Source: Methylococcales bacterium (GTDB lineage Bacteria > Pseudomonadota > Gammaproteobacteria > Methylococcales > DRLZ01). From it: DNA of 64,000 bases. Below the pieces are notes generated by a model that worked only from the letters and a program-made list of their open reading frames with translations, made no database searches and was not told where the DNA came from. Every line of letters starts with the position of its first letter. Within the stretch, counting starts at the first letter, position 1. The DNA lies in assembly GCA_965224565.1 (NCBI GenBank), contig CBDCZN010000002.1:2230417-2294416 (forward strand), in the 5' to 3' direction. Both the position numbers and the translations under genes were made by a program. Positions 9,785 through 19,605 of this stretch are shown here, piece after piece.

Positions 9785-12700
9785 CTATTTCTCCAGCTTC
9801 AAATTTTGACGTAAAATTTGTATCTCACCAGATAGCTCATTCACTTTGCGCACAATGGTCAAATCCAGATCAATTTTTTTGTCCATAGAACTCACAACCG
9901 GCATCAAGCTGGTTTCAACAATATTCGCTAATTGCTGGATTGCACCCTCGACAACTAATGAGGGTTTGTTAACAACACGAATACCGACTTCCTTCCCTTC
10001 AACTGCATCCTGAAGTGCTTGTAATTGCTTGCTGATGTTGAGCATTGGATGCATTAACTCTGTTTCACTATTGATGGCTTGATGAATAGATTCCAGGTGC
10101 TCTGTCACATAACTTAATTGCGAGGCTACTTTGGTGGCTGCATCTGCACCATCGCCGCCCATGCTTTGGCTGCGTTGAAAATCTTCTATAATGGCATCCC
10201 AGCGTTGTTGCTCTTCAGCTGTCATATTGCCGCGTAGTTGTGCGAGTTTAAGCAGATTATGCTCTGCGCCAGTGGTTAGCAGTTGTGCTTCTCCCTGGTA
10301 ATGATCGCTGATCATTTGCATCAGTTCATCATCATTCATCACTGCCGAGACTTTTTCGCAGAGTTTATTCATGTTGCGATAACTGCCTTGCAGTTTGAAG
10401 GCTGGCTCTGTGCGGTATTTGTCGTCTTGTGCTGCGGAACTGATGTAATTTTGATTAACACTTAATACCAGCTCTTGGATGGTAAATAGTTTGCGCAATA
10501 CTGCCATTATTTCGTTGAGTTCTGCGCCGCTGTATTGATGGTTTAAATCGGTGCTGGCGATGTTTGCGCCTTTTGCCATGTCGATGATTTTGTAGACATC
10601 ATCCATTTCACGAGTCGCTAGTGGTGCCAGTACCGGGTTGGAGGTGAGGCTGTTTTCAATATAACTCAGCGCAAACTGCTCATCCATTCCCCCGAGGATA
10701 TCGCCAAGATTATAGATATCTGCACGGTTTGCGAGCATATCCGGTATTTTGAACAGTTCGCCCGATTCGGTATAGGGGTTACCTGCCATCACTACGCAGA
10801 ATTTTTTACCGCGCATGTCGTAAGTCTTGGTATTGCCTTTCCAGACACCTTCGATACGCCGTGTTCCATCGCACAGTGAAATAAATTTTTGCAGAAATTC
10901 GGAATGAGTATGTTGAATATCATCCAGATACAACATGACGTTGTTGCCCATTTCCAGCGCCAGATTAAGCTTGTGTAATTCCTGTCTGGCGGTGGCGTTA
11001 GGTGCTGTGTCAGGATCCAGAGACAGCACATCATGACCCAATGATGGACAATTGATTTTCATGAAAATCAATCCCAGACGATTGGCGACATATTCCATTA
11101 ATGTGGTTTTACCGTAACCCGGTGGTGAAATCATCATCAACAAGCCCATCAGGTCGGAACGCTTATTGGCTCCGATGGTGCCCATTTGTTTTGCCAGGTT
11201 GTCACCTATAATCGGTAAATAGGCTTCATTGATCAGTCGATTGCGCACAAAGGAACTGAGCGGCTTGGCTTTGAATTCTTCCAGACGCAAAACTAATCGC
11301 TGCTGTTCCATGATTGTTTGACGAAGACTGTGATAATCATGATAGCCTTTAATCACCACTTGCTGATGATGTTGCAAGCGCTGCAAAAAGTCATCCACCG
11401 AAAAACCAAGACTGCGTTGCTGAATGACTGGATGATCACCCATCAGTTGATCAATGTTTAACTCAAGGTCTGTCTGCGAACTACGCCGGTCGATGCGTTG
11501 ATCGCCATTCAATAACGCCACGGCTTCCGCAATATAGCCTTGCAACTGAGTTAGTTGTTTATGTTCCACCAGTGCCTGCAACCAGGCATGGGTTAATTGC
11601 CAGCGTTGATCAATTCGATGACTGAGTTTTTCCAAAGCGGTCTGGTAATTACGCCAAGTCGATTCATCCAGGCTACGTTTCAGTTCATCTGCCAATTGTT
11701 GCGCGTACTTGCTACCAATAAATTGCAAGCGTTCCCGACTCAATTCAGCAACCAGATACTGCGCGGCTTGCTCAATTGCCAATGCTGTAAAATCGCCAGC
11801 AGCAATACCTTCTAAGCTTTGATTAAGCGGATAACGCTTTAGAAAGCTGTGTAAGGCTTGCTCAACCTCTTCTGCCAACAAGTGAGTGGCCTGGTGACTG
11901 GTTAAGCTGGACTGCATTTGCGCAGCGGATTGCGCACGTGTTTGCCAGGTAATATAACTGGCTTCCAGCTTGGGCATGGTTTCTTGATTCGCCCAGAAAA
12001 TTTGCGCCAGCGCACGACTGGCTGGAGAATATCGGAGTAGATCTGCGCTTTGTAATGCCGGTATCAGGCTTTTGAGTATCAGTGCGCAATCATGATCATG
12101 AATGCCTTTTTCATAACCTTCGCGGTAACGTGGTGCAGAAAAGTCACGAATCAGTGTTAGCAATGCCGCGTCATCATGTAAAGCAGCTTGCAAAGTGGTC
12201 AGATCGAGATTGTCCTGATTGGCTTCTGCAGCTTGCAAAATAAGATAAGCAAGGTATTCTGCGCGATAGACTTGTGGCGATTCAGATTCTAATGCCATCT
12301 CCCAATACTCGCGCAACGCAAGCAATTCTGGACTATCGAGTGGTTCAAAATAATCGGTTCCAGTGATGTGTAAAGTTAGCACCTCATTGCGTGGAATAAT
12401 GGTTAAATCCAGCTCCTGGGTATTGACGCTAAATTTATGGCGCGGCCCCAGCTTAATGACGTTGCCTCCGTCTTCATAAATATCGGTTTTATCGCGCAGT
12501 GAGCGTAACGCCTGCTCCTGTATCGCTTTGAAACGCCCTGCGATATCATCCGCTTTGACGGCATTATCCAGCCCACGTAATTTTTCGACGAGTTCGCGAA
12601 TTTTCAATACCAGGGCATCAGAAGCAAAATAAGTGTTGAGTTGATCGGCATCGCTAAATCGGTTACAACGCCGTTCGATATTCGTCAACATGCGTTGTGC

Positions 12701-15076
12701 TGCATCACTAATCGATTGTGCCTTGCGTTGTCTGGTATCGAGCAGCTGCTGTTTATGCGCTTCAAAGGATTCATAAATCTCCTCACGCTTACTCATAATG
12801 TCCGCTAAAAACTGGTCGTAATCACTAAACTGACTTTCCAGTTCTTCCAGCTGCACCAGCAAACGCGATAATTGCTCATCGCAACGCTCAGGACTATTCG
12901 CCATTTCCAGTGCGTTATTGATGCTTTGCGAGAACAGTTTAAACTGTGCAGCGAATTGTGCCAGCGCTTCTTCAGAACCGGTTTCTTTTTGCTTATGGCG
13001 TGCAGTGGCTTTGCTTTGATTGAGCTTGGAATAGACTTCTGAAATCGCATCAACAATGCGGGTACGCACAGTTGCATCGCTGATTTTCAACGTAGTCATC
13101 AACTCTGAAAGTAAATCCAGCCCTCTGGCAGTGGTGTCAATCTCCTCTATTACCGGAGTCAGCTCCGCAATGGTTTGCGCTTTTTCTATTTGCTGATTGA
13201 ACTTCTCAATTTTATCCAGATATGGAAGCAGGGCTTTTTCGTCAGCTAGAAAGATTCCGGTTTTTTCACCGAGTTGCTCACTGCTTTGTTCCAACACCTG
13301 ATCCATTTCGCTAATGCGATCCAAATTAATATAGCGATGCTCTTTAATGGTTGCCAAATGTCCACGTTGACGACGCAATTGATCCAGAGCATTCACATAT
13401 TGCTCGGCTGTTTCCCAACTGTCCGGCTGAATTGAATGCAGTAATTCGGACTGTGCTTGCTCAGCTTCGAGCATGGTTTTAGCGGATTGCTGACGAATGC
13501 TTTCCACTTTTTCAAATTCATCAATTACCAATTCAGAAGTATTGGTAATCTCTTTCAGCAACGTGCCAATGCCTTGCGTTTCTGAATCCTCAATCCAGTA
13601 ATGCGCATCAAACATTTTCGCCGCAGTCTTGCTTAGCTCTTCATACAAGCGAGCAGACACTGCTTGCTCATCAATCAACCGACACACACTGTACAAGTCA
13701 GAAATACCGCGCACCAGCTCAGCATTACCAATACGTCCAAAAAACGATTGATTGGCTGGTACACGGCTGGCAAATTCCTGACTGGTATAAGGTGTGCGCC
13801 AGATTTGCATGGGGTGAATACGAGTCGGTTCACCTTCGGCTGTAAAAATCACCACTGCGCCATCATCTGCCAAAGCGTGTCCATGGCCAACAATCGGGTT
13901 TTGCAGCAACTGTTCAATGACGTTATAGGAAAACAAAGCAACCACACCCAGTTCCGGCTGGTAAAACACATAGAGCACATCCTCACCATTCGGTGAATTG
14001 ATGCGGCGTCTGAATTTTAAGCCCTCAGTCCCGGTATCGTAAGTTTTGTTCTGCCCGTTTTGCAGATAATAACCACCGGGGAAAATAATGCCGTGGTCCT
14101 CTGGAAGTTGCACACAGGATTCACCAATCGCATCCATGCGCAACACACTTTCAGTTGCGGTATTAAAAATAAAATAACGCCAGTCCTGTTCACGATAAGG
14201 CAACATTTTCAATAGAATCAACTGGCCTACTTGCGCATACTCAATTTGAGCATCATCCAGCGACTGAGTCTGGTCTTCAACAGCTTCGCTATAAACTCCG
14301 CGACCATCATCAGTATTATTTTCCACCTTAATGGTTAAATCACCATTAATGGTTTCAACAAACAGCGTATCGAGAATATTGACATGTGGATGGCGACCAT
14401 TCACCGAGTCTTCACGACTGGTTTCCTGCCACTCAAAATCAAAAGCAGGTGGAAGCTGAATATCGCGCTCACCACGATTATCGATATAACTGACTTGCTT
14501 GCCATCGGCAGAAATCGCCCAGCGAAACACGCGGATATCTTCCACCCGCTCACCAATCTGAAAACCAGCCAGTAACTTGCCATTCTTGGCAGTCAGCTCG
14601 ACCAGTCTGGTTTGCTTGTAATAACGATACAGCTCAGCAAAATCATTACGAAATGATGTCTCGGCAAGAAAGCTGGTATCGAGCGTTTGCTGCACCATCT
14701 CATACTGAACATCATCATTGTCGGTATTGTTAACATCCGATGCCGAGGTGGTTGTTAGACGATACAGAGAAAACACATCCTCAATACGGGTTTCCTTCTT
14801 CAACCCGATATAAACGTTATAGCCAAACAACAACAAATCACCGACCTGAACAATATCTCGGGCCACGCAATTGTTTTCAGAACGCACCCGCACCCGAGCA
14901 GCCACAGCCATCTCGGAACTACCAAATTCCGCCAACCGCGCTTTATTTAAGGTTTTGGTTTGATTCTTAAGCTTTTGGCCTTGACCAACAAGGCGTTTAC
15001 GAATCACCTCGTAAGCACCACCTTCGGCTACGGCCTGGTCTACGATGTTGTTGGGTTCTGGTTGTTGATCGAGCAT
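9785..15076 (-). CDS. Giant (1763 aa) coiled-coil protein with a single AAA+ ATPase domain (Walker A SPPGYGKTTL, Walker B VMLYLDDIQH); function unknown
   Basis: Uninterrupted 5.3-kb ORF. Its N-terminal ~400 aa is also present as a truncated paralogous fragment at 19.6-21.9 kb. About 700 aa of predicted coiled coil lead into an AAA_5/MoxR-McrB-like P-loop core at aa ~1180-1350. Confidence 0.6.
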   Translation of the reverse strand: MLDQQPEPNNIVDQAVAEGGAYEVIRKRLVGQGQKLKNQTKTLNKARLAEFGSSEMAVAARVRVRSENNCVARDIVQVGDLLLFGYNVYIGLKKETRIEDVFSLYRLTTTSASDVNNTDNDDVQYEMVQQTLDTSFLAETSFRNDFAELYRYYKQTRLVELTAKNGKLLAGFQIGERVEDIRVFRWAISADGKQVSYIDNRGERDIQLPPAFDFEWQETSREDSVNGRHPHVNILDTLFVETINGDLTIKVENNTDDGRGVYSEAVEDQTQSLDDAQIEYAQVGQLILLKMLPYREQDWRYFIFNTATESVLRMDAIGESCVQLPEDHGIIFPGGYYLQNGQNKTYDTGTEGLKFRRRINSPNGEDVLYVFYQPELGVVALFSYNVIEQLLQNPIVGHGHALADDGAVVIFTAEGEPTRIHPMQIWRTPYTSQEFASRVPANQSFFGRIGNAELVRGISDLYSVCRLIDEQAVSARLYEELSKTAAKMFDAHYWIEDSETQGIGTLLKEITNTSELVIDEFEKVESIRQQSAKTMLEAEQAQSELLHSIQPDSWETAEQYVNALDQLRRQRGHLATIKEHRYINLDRISEMDQVLEQSSEQLGEKTGIFLADEKALLPYLDKIEKFNQQIEKAQTIAELTPVIEEIDTTARGLDLLSELMTTLKISDATVRTRIVDAISEVYSKLNQSKATARHKQKETGSEEALAQFAAQFKLFSQSINNALEMANSPERCDEQLSRLLVQLEELESQFSDYDQFLADIMSKREEIYESFEAHKQQLLDTRQRKAQSISDAAQRMLTNIERRCNRFSDADQLNTYFASDALVLKIRELVEKLRGLDNAVKADDIAGRFKAIQEQALRSLRDKTDIYEDGGNVIKLGPRHKFSVNTQELDLTIIPRNEVLTLHITGTDYFEPLDSPELLALREYWEMALESESPQVYRAEYLAYLILQAAEANQDNLDLTTLQAALHDDAALLTLIRDFSAPRYREGYEKGIHDHDCALILKSLIPALQSADLLRYSPASRALAQIFWANQETMPKLEASYITWQTRAQSAAQMQSSLTSHQATHLLAEEVEQALHSFLKRYPLNQSLEGIAAGDFTALAIEQAAQYLVAELSRERLQFIGSKYAQQLADELKRSLDESTWRNYQTALEKLSHRIDQRWQLTHAWLQALVEHKQLTQLQGYIAEAVALLNGDQRIDRRSSQTDLELNIDQLMGDHPVIQQRSLGFSVDDFLQRLQHHQQVVIKGYHDYHSLRQTIMEQQRLVLRLEEFKAKPLSSFVRNRLINEAYLPIIGDNLAKQMGTIGANKRSDLMGLLMMISPPGYGKTTLMEYVANRLGLIFMKINCPSLGHDVLSLDPDTAPNATARQELHKLNLALEMGNNVMLYLDDIQHTHSEFLQKFISLCDGTRRIEGVWKGNTKTYDMRGKKFCVVMAGNPYTESGELFKIPDMLANRADIYNLGDILGGMDEQFALSYIENSLTSNPVLAPLATREMDDVYKIIDMAKGANIASTDLNHQYSGAELNEIMAVLRKLFTIQELVLSVNQNYISSAAQDDKYRTEPAFKLQGSYRNMNKLCEKVSAVMNDDELMQMISDHYQGEAQLLTTGAEHNLLKLAQLRGNMTAEEQQRWDAIIEDFQRSQSMGGDGADAATKVASQLSYVTEHLESIHQAINSETELMHPMLNISKQLQALQDAVEGKEVGIRVVNKPSLVVEGAIQQLANIVETSLMPVVSSMDKKIDLDLTIVRKVNELSGEIQILRQNLKLEK

Positions 15077-15133
15077 GCCTGTTTCCTGGTGCGTTATGTT
15101 TTGTTTAATTGATAGAAATAATGATGAGTTTAT

Positions 15134-15163
15134 GTAGGTTGGGGTGAGTTTACGAACCCCAAC
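15134..15163. repeat. REP hairpin (3' side of RAYT1): gttgggg-N12-ccccaac
   Basis: A 7-bp stem with a 12-nt loop; the same element recurs at six further sites and always flanks RAYT genes. Confidence 0.75.
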
Positions 15164-15166
15164 AAA

Positions 15167-15703
15167 TCACGCCTTTTCTCCAAACATAAATTCATCAACG
15201 CCATCATTGGTATATCCCCAATCATCATTCAATATGCCTTTCGCTATGTACAGATGGATACTCGAATAAGACCAATCCATCGCACATTTTACGTAACCAT
15301 GTTTCACGGGATTGTAATGAATGTAATCAACATGTTTTTCATAATCATCTTCATCACGAATCAAATGCTCCCAATAACGTCTTTGCCAAATTCCTCGCTC
15401 ACCTTTTGATTGTCTGCTTTTGTCTATTCTCTCAAGCTTGGGCATTACACGAGAAAAACCGGTTTTAATTAGCATCCAACGTGTTGCAAAATCATTATCC
15501 TCAAGTGGCAATGTCCATAACGCATGCAAATGGTCGGGTAATACCACCATCGCATCGATTTTAAACGGATGCTGTTTCTTAACCTTATTCATAACGCTTC
15601 GCAAAATATCGATTTCATCAATCAATAATGAATTGTTGCGTTCCGCCAAATTCACCGTGAAAAAATATGTTCCGCCTTTTATGTCAGCTCTTCGATAACG
15701 CAT
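15167..15703 (-). CDS. REP-associated tyrosine transposase (RAYT, IS200/IS605-like TnpA_REP), copy 1
   Basis: 178 aa with the HxH motif (LPDHLHAL) and the catalytic Tyr region (YIHYNPVKHGYV); flanked on both sides by REP hairpins. Confidence 0.8.
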   Translation of the reverse strand: MRYRRADIKGGTYFFTVNLAERNNSLLIDEIDILRSVMNKVKKQHPFKIDAMVVLPDHLHALWTLPLEDNDFATRWMLIKTGFSRVMPKLERIDKSRQSKGERGIWQRRYWEHLIRDEDDYEKHVDYIHYNPVKHGYVKCAMDWSYSSIHLYIAKGILNDDWGYTNDGVDEFMFGEKA

Positions 15704-15752
15704 TTTATATTCCTAGCGTTTTTTTGATTTCTAGCTGTTTTTGTTGGGGTTC

Positions 15753-15782
15753 GTGCCTCACCCCAACCTACGCAGTCTAACA
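15753..15782. repeat. REP hairpin (5' side of RAYT1)
   Basis: gttggggttcgtgcctcaccccaacctacg. Confidence 0.75.
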
Positions 15783-15893
15783 AGTAAAGTGAACCATGAA
15801 GCAAAACCTCATGCACACACAGTTAACTATAGTAAAACTATGCTAAAAAGCGCGGAAACTCGTTATCAAGACAGAAAAGTGTCTGTGATTAAT

Positions 15894-16976
15894 TTATTCA
15901 TAAGGCTCATCATCATGGCCTGGTTTTTCCAAATCATCCAAAAAATCGGATGACATAATAATTTTTCTTTTTTTGCGGAGCTTAATGACATCAGGGTCAA
16001 AGTTTTTCAGAATATCCTGATAACTTTCATCCAAAAATGATTTGGCTTTATCAATTGCCACCTCAAGCTGTTTTTCTATGAAAGAATACTCAGCCATTAA
16101 TGGTTTACAATCAGCTGAAAAAGTTTGCCAGCGAATTTTCTTCAGGGTTGCTTCATTGGTAAAAATAAAACAACGATGCGGGTCATTATCCCAATCAAAA
16201 TCCTTTGTATAAGCAGCAGGTTCAAGCTTCGAATTCAGCTTGCTGATAACCAGCCAGCGTTTCTGTAAATATGGATACCAGCGATGTTGCAATTCCTTGA
16301 GTTGCTTTTCCAATCCACCGGCATCCTGTTGCATATCCCAGCGATAACCACCCTTGTCCCGCTTTCCATGTTCCTTGCCTTCAACAAATTTATGTGGAAT
16401 CAACTGATCAATATAATCTCTGCCAGTCGCTTCAATCTCATCATAAAGATGGGTTGCAACCGATGTGAATGTTGAATAGTAAAAGTTATCATCAATCAAT
16501 AAGCGTACCCACGGTGGCCAACGAAATGCATAGTATTCTGTACCCTTATAATCTTTAGAATCCTTCTTTCTTGCCTGCTCCTGAAACAGATAATCAGCAT
16601 GGTCATAATCGTAAAGTGTGCTGAAATCGAGCAAACTTTTATTATCTGCCATCGGCTCATTGAGACAAATCCAATCATCACCAATGCCCGCTGTTAGCAG
16701 TTTAGCCCAGTTAAGAACATTCAAATTATCAAGAGAAAGCTCTCTCCATACCTCATCAACGTCTTCAAGAGAACATTGAATATTCAGCAAATCATCCAGA
16801 AGCACACGCTTCACTTTTTGACAGGATTGTTCATTCATTGTTGCCCGAAAATGTTCTTGTTGTTTCGCTGACAACGAATAATACTGTGAGTCTGCTGCAA
16901 TTAAGGACTTACGGGCAGCGGCTTTTATTTGTGTTTTATCGAGTGAACTGAGCTTGTATTCGGTCGTATTACTCAT
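15894..16976 (-). CDS. Conserved hypothetical protein (360 aa from MSNTTEYKLSSL), partner of the giant ATPase gene
   Basis: The ORF track gives 401 aa, but the likely start is the ATG at 16976 (MSNTTEYK). A second copy, truncated after 8 codons (MINNTEYK) by a REP, lies at 23181-23206 next to the second Fic gene. Confidence 0.55.
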   Translation of the reverse strand: MSNTTEYKLSSLDKTQIKAAARKSLIAADSQYYSLSAKQQEHFRATMNEQSCQKVKRVLLDDLLNIQCSLEDVDEVWRELSLDNLNVLNWAKLLTAGIGDDWICLNEPMADNKSLLDFSTLYDYDHADYLFQEQARKKDSKDYKGTEYYAFRWPPWVRLLIDDNFYYSTFTSVATHLYDEIEATGRDYIDQLIPHKFVEGKEHGKRDKGGYRWDMQQDAGGLEKQLKELQHRWYPYLQKRWLVISKLNSKLEPAAYTKDFDWDNDPHRCFIFTNEATLKKIRWQTFSADCKPLMAEYSFIEKQLEVAIDKAKSFLDESYQDILKNFDPDVIKLRKKRKIIMSSDFLDDLEKPGHDDEPYE

Positions 16977-17264
16977 TTCAATGATCCTGTACCTGGTATG
17001 GAAAATACTTGGTTGTGTGTGTGTGATGAACCCTGAACTATACAATATCACTATCGCTACAAAACTGATCAATTCAACAAGAGAAAACATACGATACAAG
17101 CTTCAGAAATACCAACTTATCGAAATGATTCCTGAATGCCTGTATTTAAATTACGGTGGCGAATCGATCTAAGGTAATTCTATTTCTGTTACATTATAAA
17201 GGCTTTGCGACAACACCAGGTCTGCTGGTGTGTGATCATCATAGTTAGCGATCTGTTACAATTG

Positions 17265-17432
17265 CATACTCTCCGCACATGAAAATTTAGCATGTAGGGT
17301 GGGTGATTTTTTGTGGAGAGCAAGACGGAAAACCTTGGCTGTAGTTATTCTACAGCAAGGATTTCCAACGCAGCTATCCGAAAAAAAGTGCGCGCCCTAC
17401 ATGCTAAACTTTCATGTGCGGAGAGTATATTT
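17265..17432. mobile_element. MITE copy 3 (inverted orientation)
   Basis: Same TIRs; the core is the reverse complement relative to copies 1, 2 and 4. It overlaps the 5' extension of the Uma2 ORFs and shows that those extensions are spurious. Confidence 0.8.
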
Positions 17433-17453
17433 AGTCCTCTGGAACAAACTGAT

Positions 17454-18023
17454 ATGTCACAACCAGTCAAAAGCACAGCAAGCTATCATGATCTGTTCGA
17501 CCTCCCCGAGAACCTCGTCGGCGAGATTATTAATGGCGAGCTGCATACGCATCCGCGACCAGCGCCCAAACATGCCAGGGCCTATTCGGTTTTGGGTGGA
17601 AGTATTGGAAACCCGTACGATTGGGGTGGAAGCGGCCCGGGTGGCTGGTGGATTCTCGATGAACCAGAATTGCACCTTGACAACGACATCCTCGTGCCCG
17701 ATCTTGCCGGGTGGCGACGCGAGCGTATGCCAGCCCTACCCGAAACAGCCTGGTTCGAACTTGCCCCTGACTGGATTTGTGAAATTCTATCGCCTTCCAC
17801 CGCTCGCGTGGATCGCGTACTGAAAATGCCTATCTACGCTCGCGAAGGCGTACGACACCTGTGGCTAGTCGATCCAGACCTGCAAACCCTCGAGGTTTAT
17901 ATTCTCGACAACAGCCGCGACCAACCTCACTGGCTGCTACTCGATAGCCTTGAGGGTGATGCGCCTGTCAAACAGCCACCTTTCGATGCGATCGAGTTTT
18001 CATTAGGGGTGCTGTGGGGTTAA
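17454..18023 (+). CDS. Uma2 family (DUF820) putative restriction-endonuclease-like protein
   Basis: Starts MSQPVKSTASYHDLFDLPENLVGEIINGEL. Carries the characteristic motifs PDLAGW, PDWICEILSPSTARVDR and EGVRHLWLVDPD...LEVY. Confidence 0.8.
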   Translation: MSQPVKSTASYHDLFDLPENLVGEIINGELHTHPRPAPKHARAYSVLGGSIGNPYDWGGSGPGGWWILDEPELHLDNDILVPDLAGWRRERMPALPETAWFELAPDWICEILSPSTARVDRVLKMPIYAREGVRHLWLVDPDLQTLEVYILDNSRDQPHWLLLDSLEGDAPVKQPPFDAIEFSLGVLWG

Positions 18024-18106
18024 TTGCCCGGTTATGGATTTTTCTTGTGTAAGGGTAATTGATTGGCGTTATGTTCACTCACAAATCTATTTTTGTGTGC
18101 TAATAG

Positions 18107-18237
18107 ACAAAGTCCTGTAAAGGGTGCGTTTTACCTACAAATAGCTCACCATGACAACAACACGGAGAGTAATCAATTAGTGTTTGTATTAATCACCGTA
18201 TACAACGTTGTTTGTGGTGCATAAAATGCACCCTACC
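18107..18237. repeat. Second palindromic intergenic repeat type (tagggtgcgttttac... / ...ggtgcataaaatgcaccctac)
   Basis: Imperfect inverted-repeat arms ~90 bp apart; a related element lies at 32948-33046 between the flotillin and nfeD-like genes. Confidence 0.5.
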
Positions 18238-18250
18238 TGGCTAATGTTAC

Positions 18251-18961
18251 TCAAGACTTCTTCCGAATGTATTTTTGTTTAGGGCTATTAGGACTGTTGG
18301 GGTGGCTCATGCTAATAACGCCTTGTTTTAAAGCGGGTAGAAGATAGTTTTTTCTAAACGTAGGTTTATGTGATAAACCCACTTTAGTCATAATTTGTGC
18401 GCTACTTAAATAGCCATCACCCATGACAGATAACAACTTTCCAACTGGGTCGCTTGCTAGGTCGGTGGCATTCATGCTCGCCAAAATAACCGATAACATA
18501 AATTCAATAAATACGGTGCTATCAGCGTTATTATCTGCAGATGACAATGCCTTATAATAATCCTGCTGATTATCTTTAATGGTATTTTCAATTGGTAAGG
18601 AATAGAAAACTTCTCGCCACTGCCCTAAAATCAAAGTCTGCCAGAGTCTACCCATTCTCCCATTGCCATCACTAAACGGATGAATAAATTCAAATTCATA
18701 GTGAAAAATACAACTGCGAATTACTGGATGGTCTTCTGTGTGTTGCAACCAGTGTAATAAATCCTTCATAAGCAGCGGAACTCTGCCTGCCTGCGGTGCA
18801 ATATGAACCACCTTATCGCCCTTATGAATGCCCACATCGCCGCTACGAAAACGGCCTGCGTCGAGTAAAATTTCTTCAGTCATTTGTTTATGCGCATCCA
18901 GTAAATCTTCTATACTGTGTGCGTGATATTGCGCCAAGGCCTCATCGGTTTCAGGATCAGC
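18251..18961 (-). pseudogene. Fic family protein, N-terminally truncated copy (junction with REP at 18962)
   Basis: Has the HPFSDGNGRMGR Fic motif but lacks the first ~90 aa present in the 327-aa paralogue at 23304-24287. The reading frame runs directly into the REP sequence. Confidence 0.7.
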
Positions 18962-18992
18962 GCGTAGGTTGGGGTGAGTTTACGAACCCCAA
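18962..18992. repeat. REP hairpin
   Basis: cgtaggttggggtgagtttacgaaccccaac. Confidence 0.75.
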
Positions 18993-18996
18993 CAAA

Positions 18997-19533
18997 TCAC
19001 GCCTTTTCTCCAAACTCGACACAATCTACCCCATCACTGTTATATCCCCAATCATCACTCAATATGCCTTTCGATATGTACATATGAATACTCGAATAAG
19101 CCCAATCTGTCGCAGATTTTACGTAACCATGTATCACGGGATTGTAATGAATATAATCAACATGTTTTTCATAATCATCTTCATCACGAATCAAATGTTC
19201 CCAATAACGTCTTTGCCAAATTCCTCGCTCACCTTTTGATTGTCTGCTTTTATTTATCCTATCAAGCTTGGGTATTGCACGAGAAAAACCGGTTTTAATC
19301 AGCATCCAACGTGTTGCAAAATCATTATCCTCAATTGGCAATGTCCATAACGCATGCAAATGGTCGGGTAATACCACCATGGCATCGAGTTTAAACGGAT
19401 GCTGTTTCTTGACCTTATTCATTACATTTCGCAGAATATCGATTTCATCAATCAACAATGAATTGTTGCGTTCTGCCAAATTCACCGTGAAAAAATATGT
19501 TCCGCCTTTTACATCAGCTCTTCGATAACGCAT
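18997..19533 (-). CDS. RAYT copy 2 (subtype B)
   Basis: 178 aa; ~85% identical to copy 1, but the C-terminal variant (SATDWAYSSIHMYISKGILSDDW) is shared with copy 4. Confidence 0.8.
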   Translation of the reverse strand: MRYRRADVKGGTYFFTVNLAERNNSLLIDEIDILRNVMNKVKKQHPFKLDAMVVLPDHLHALWTLPIEDNDFATRWMLIKTGFSRAIPKLDRINKSRQSKGERGIWQRRYWEHLIRDEDDYEKHVDYIHYNPVIHGYVKSATDWAYSSIHMYISKGILSDDWGYNSDGVDCVEFGEKA

Positions 19534-19575
19534 TATTTATATTCACGGCGTTTCTTTAGTTTCTAGCCGTTTTTT

Positions 19576-19605
19576 GTTGGGGTTCGTGCCTCACCCCAAC
19601 CTACG
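19576..19605. repeat. REP hairpin
   Basis: gttggggttcgtgcctcaccccaacctacg. Confidence 0.75.

Noticed and set aside
10283-14970. Numerous 60-110 aa ORFs on the + strand inside the giant minus-strand gene (for example 13664..13996)
   Set aside because: They are antisense shadows of a continuous 5.3-kb coding frame and have no independent support.
17299-18023. Long 5' extensions of the Uma2 ORF (17313..18023, 236 aa) and overlapping ORF 17299..17823
   Set aside because: The first ~45 codons are MITE copy 3 sequence. The conserved Uma2 N-terminus begins at the ATG at 17454. ORF 17299..17823 is an out-of-frame shadow.
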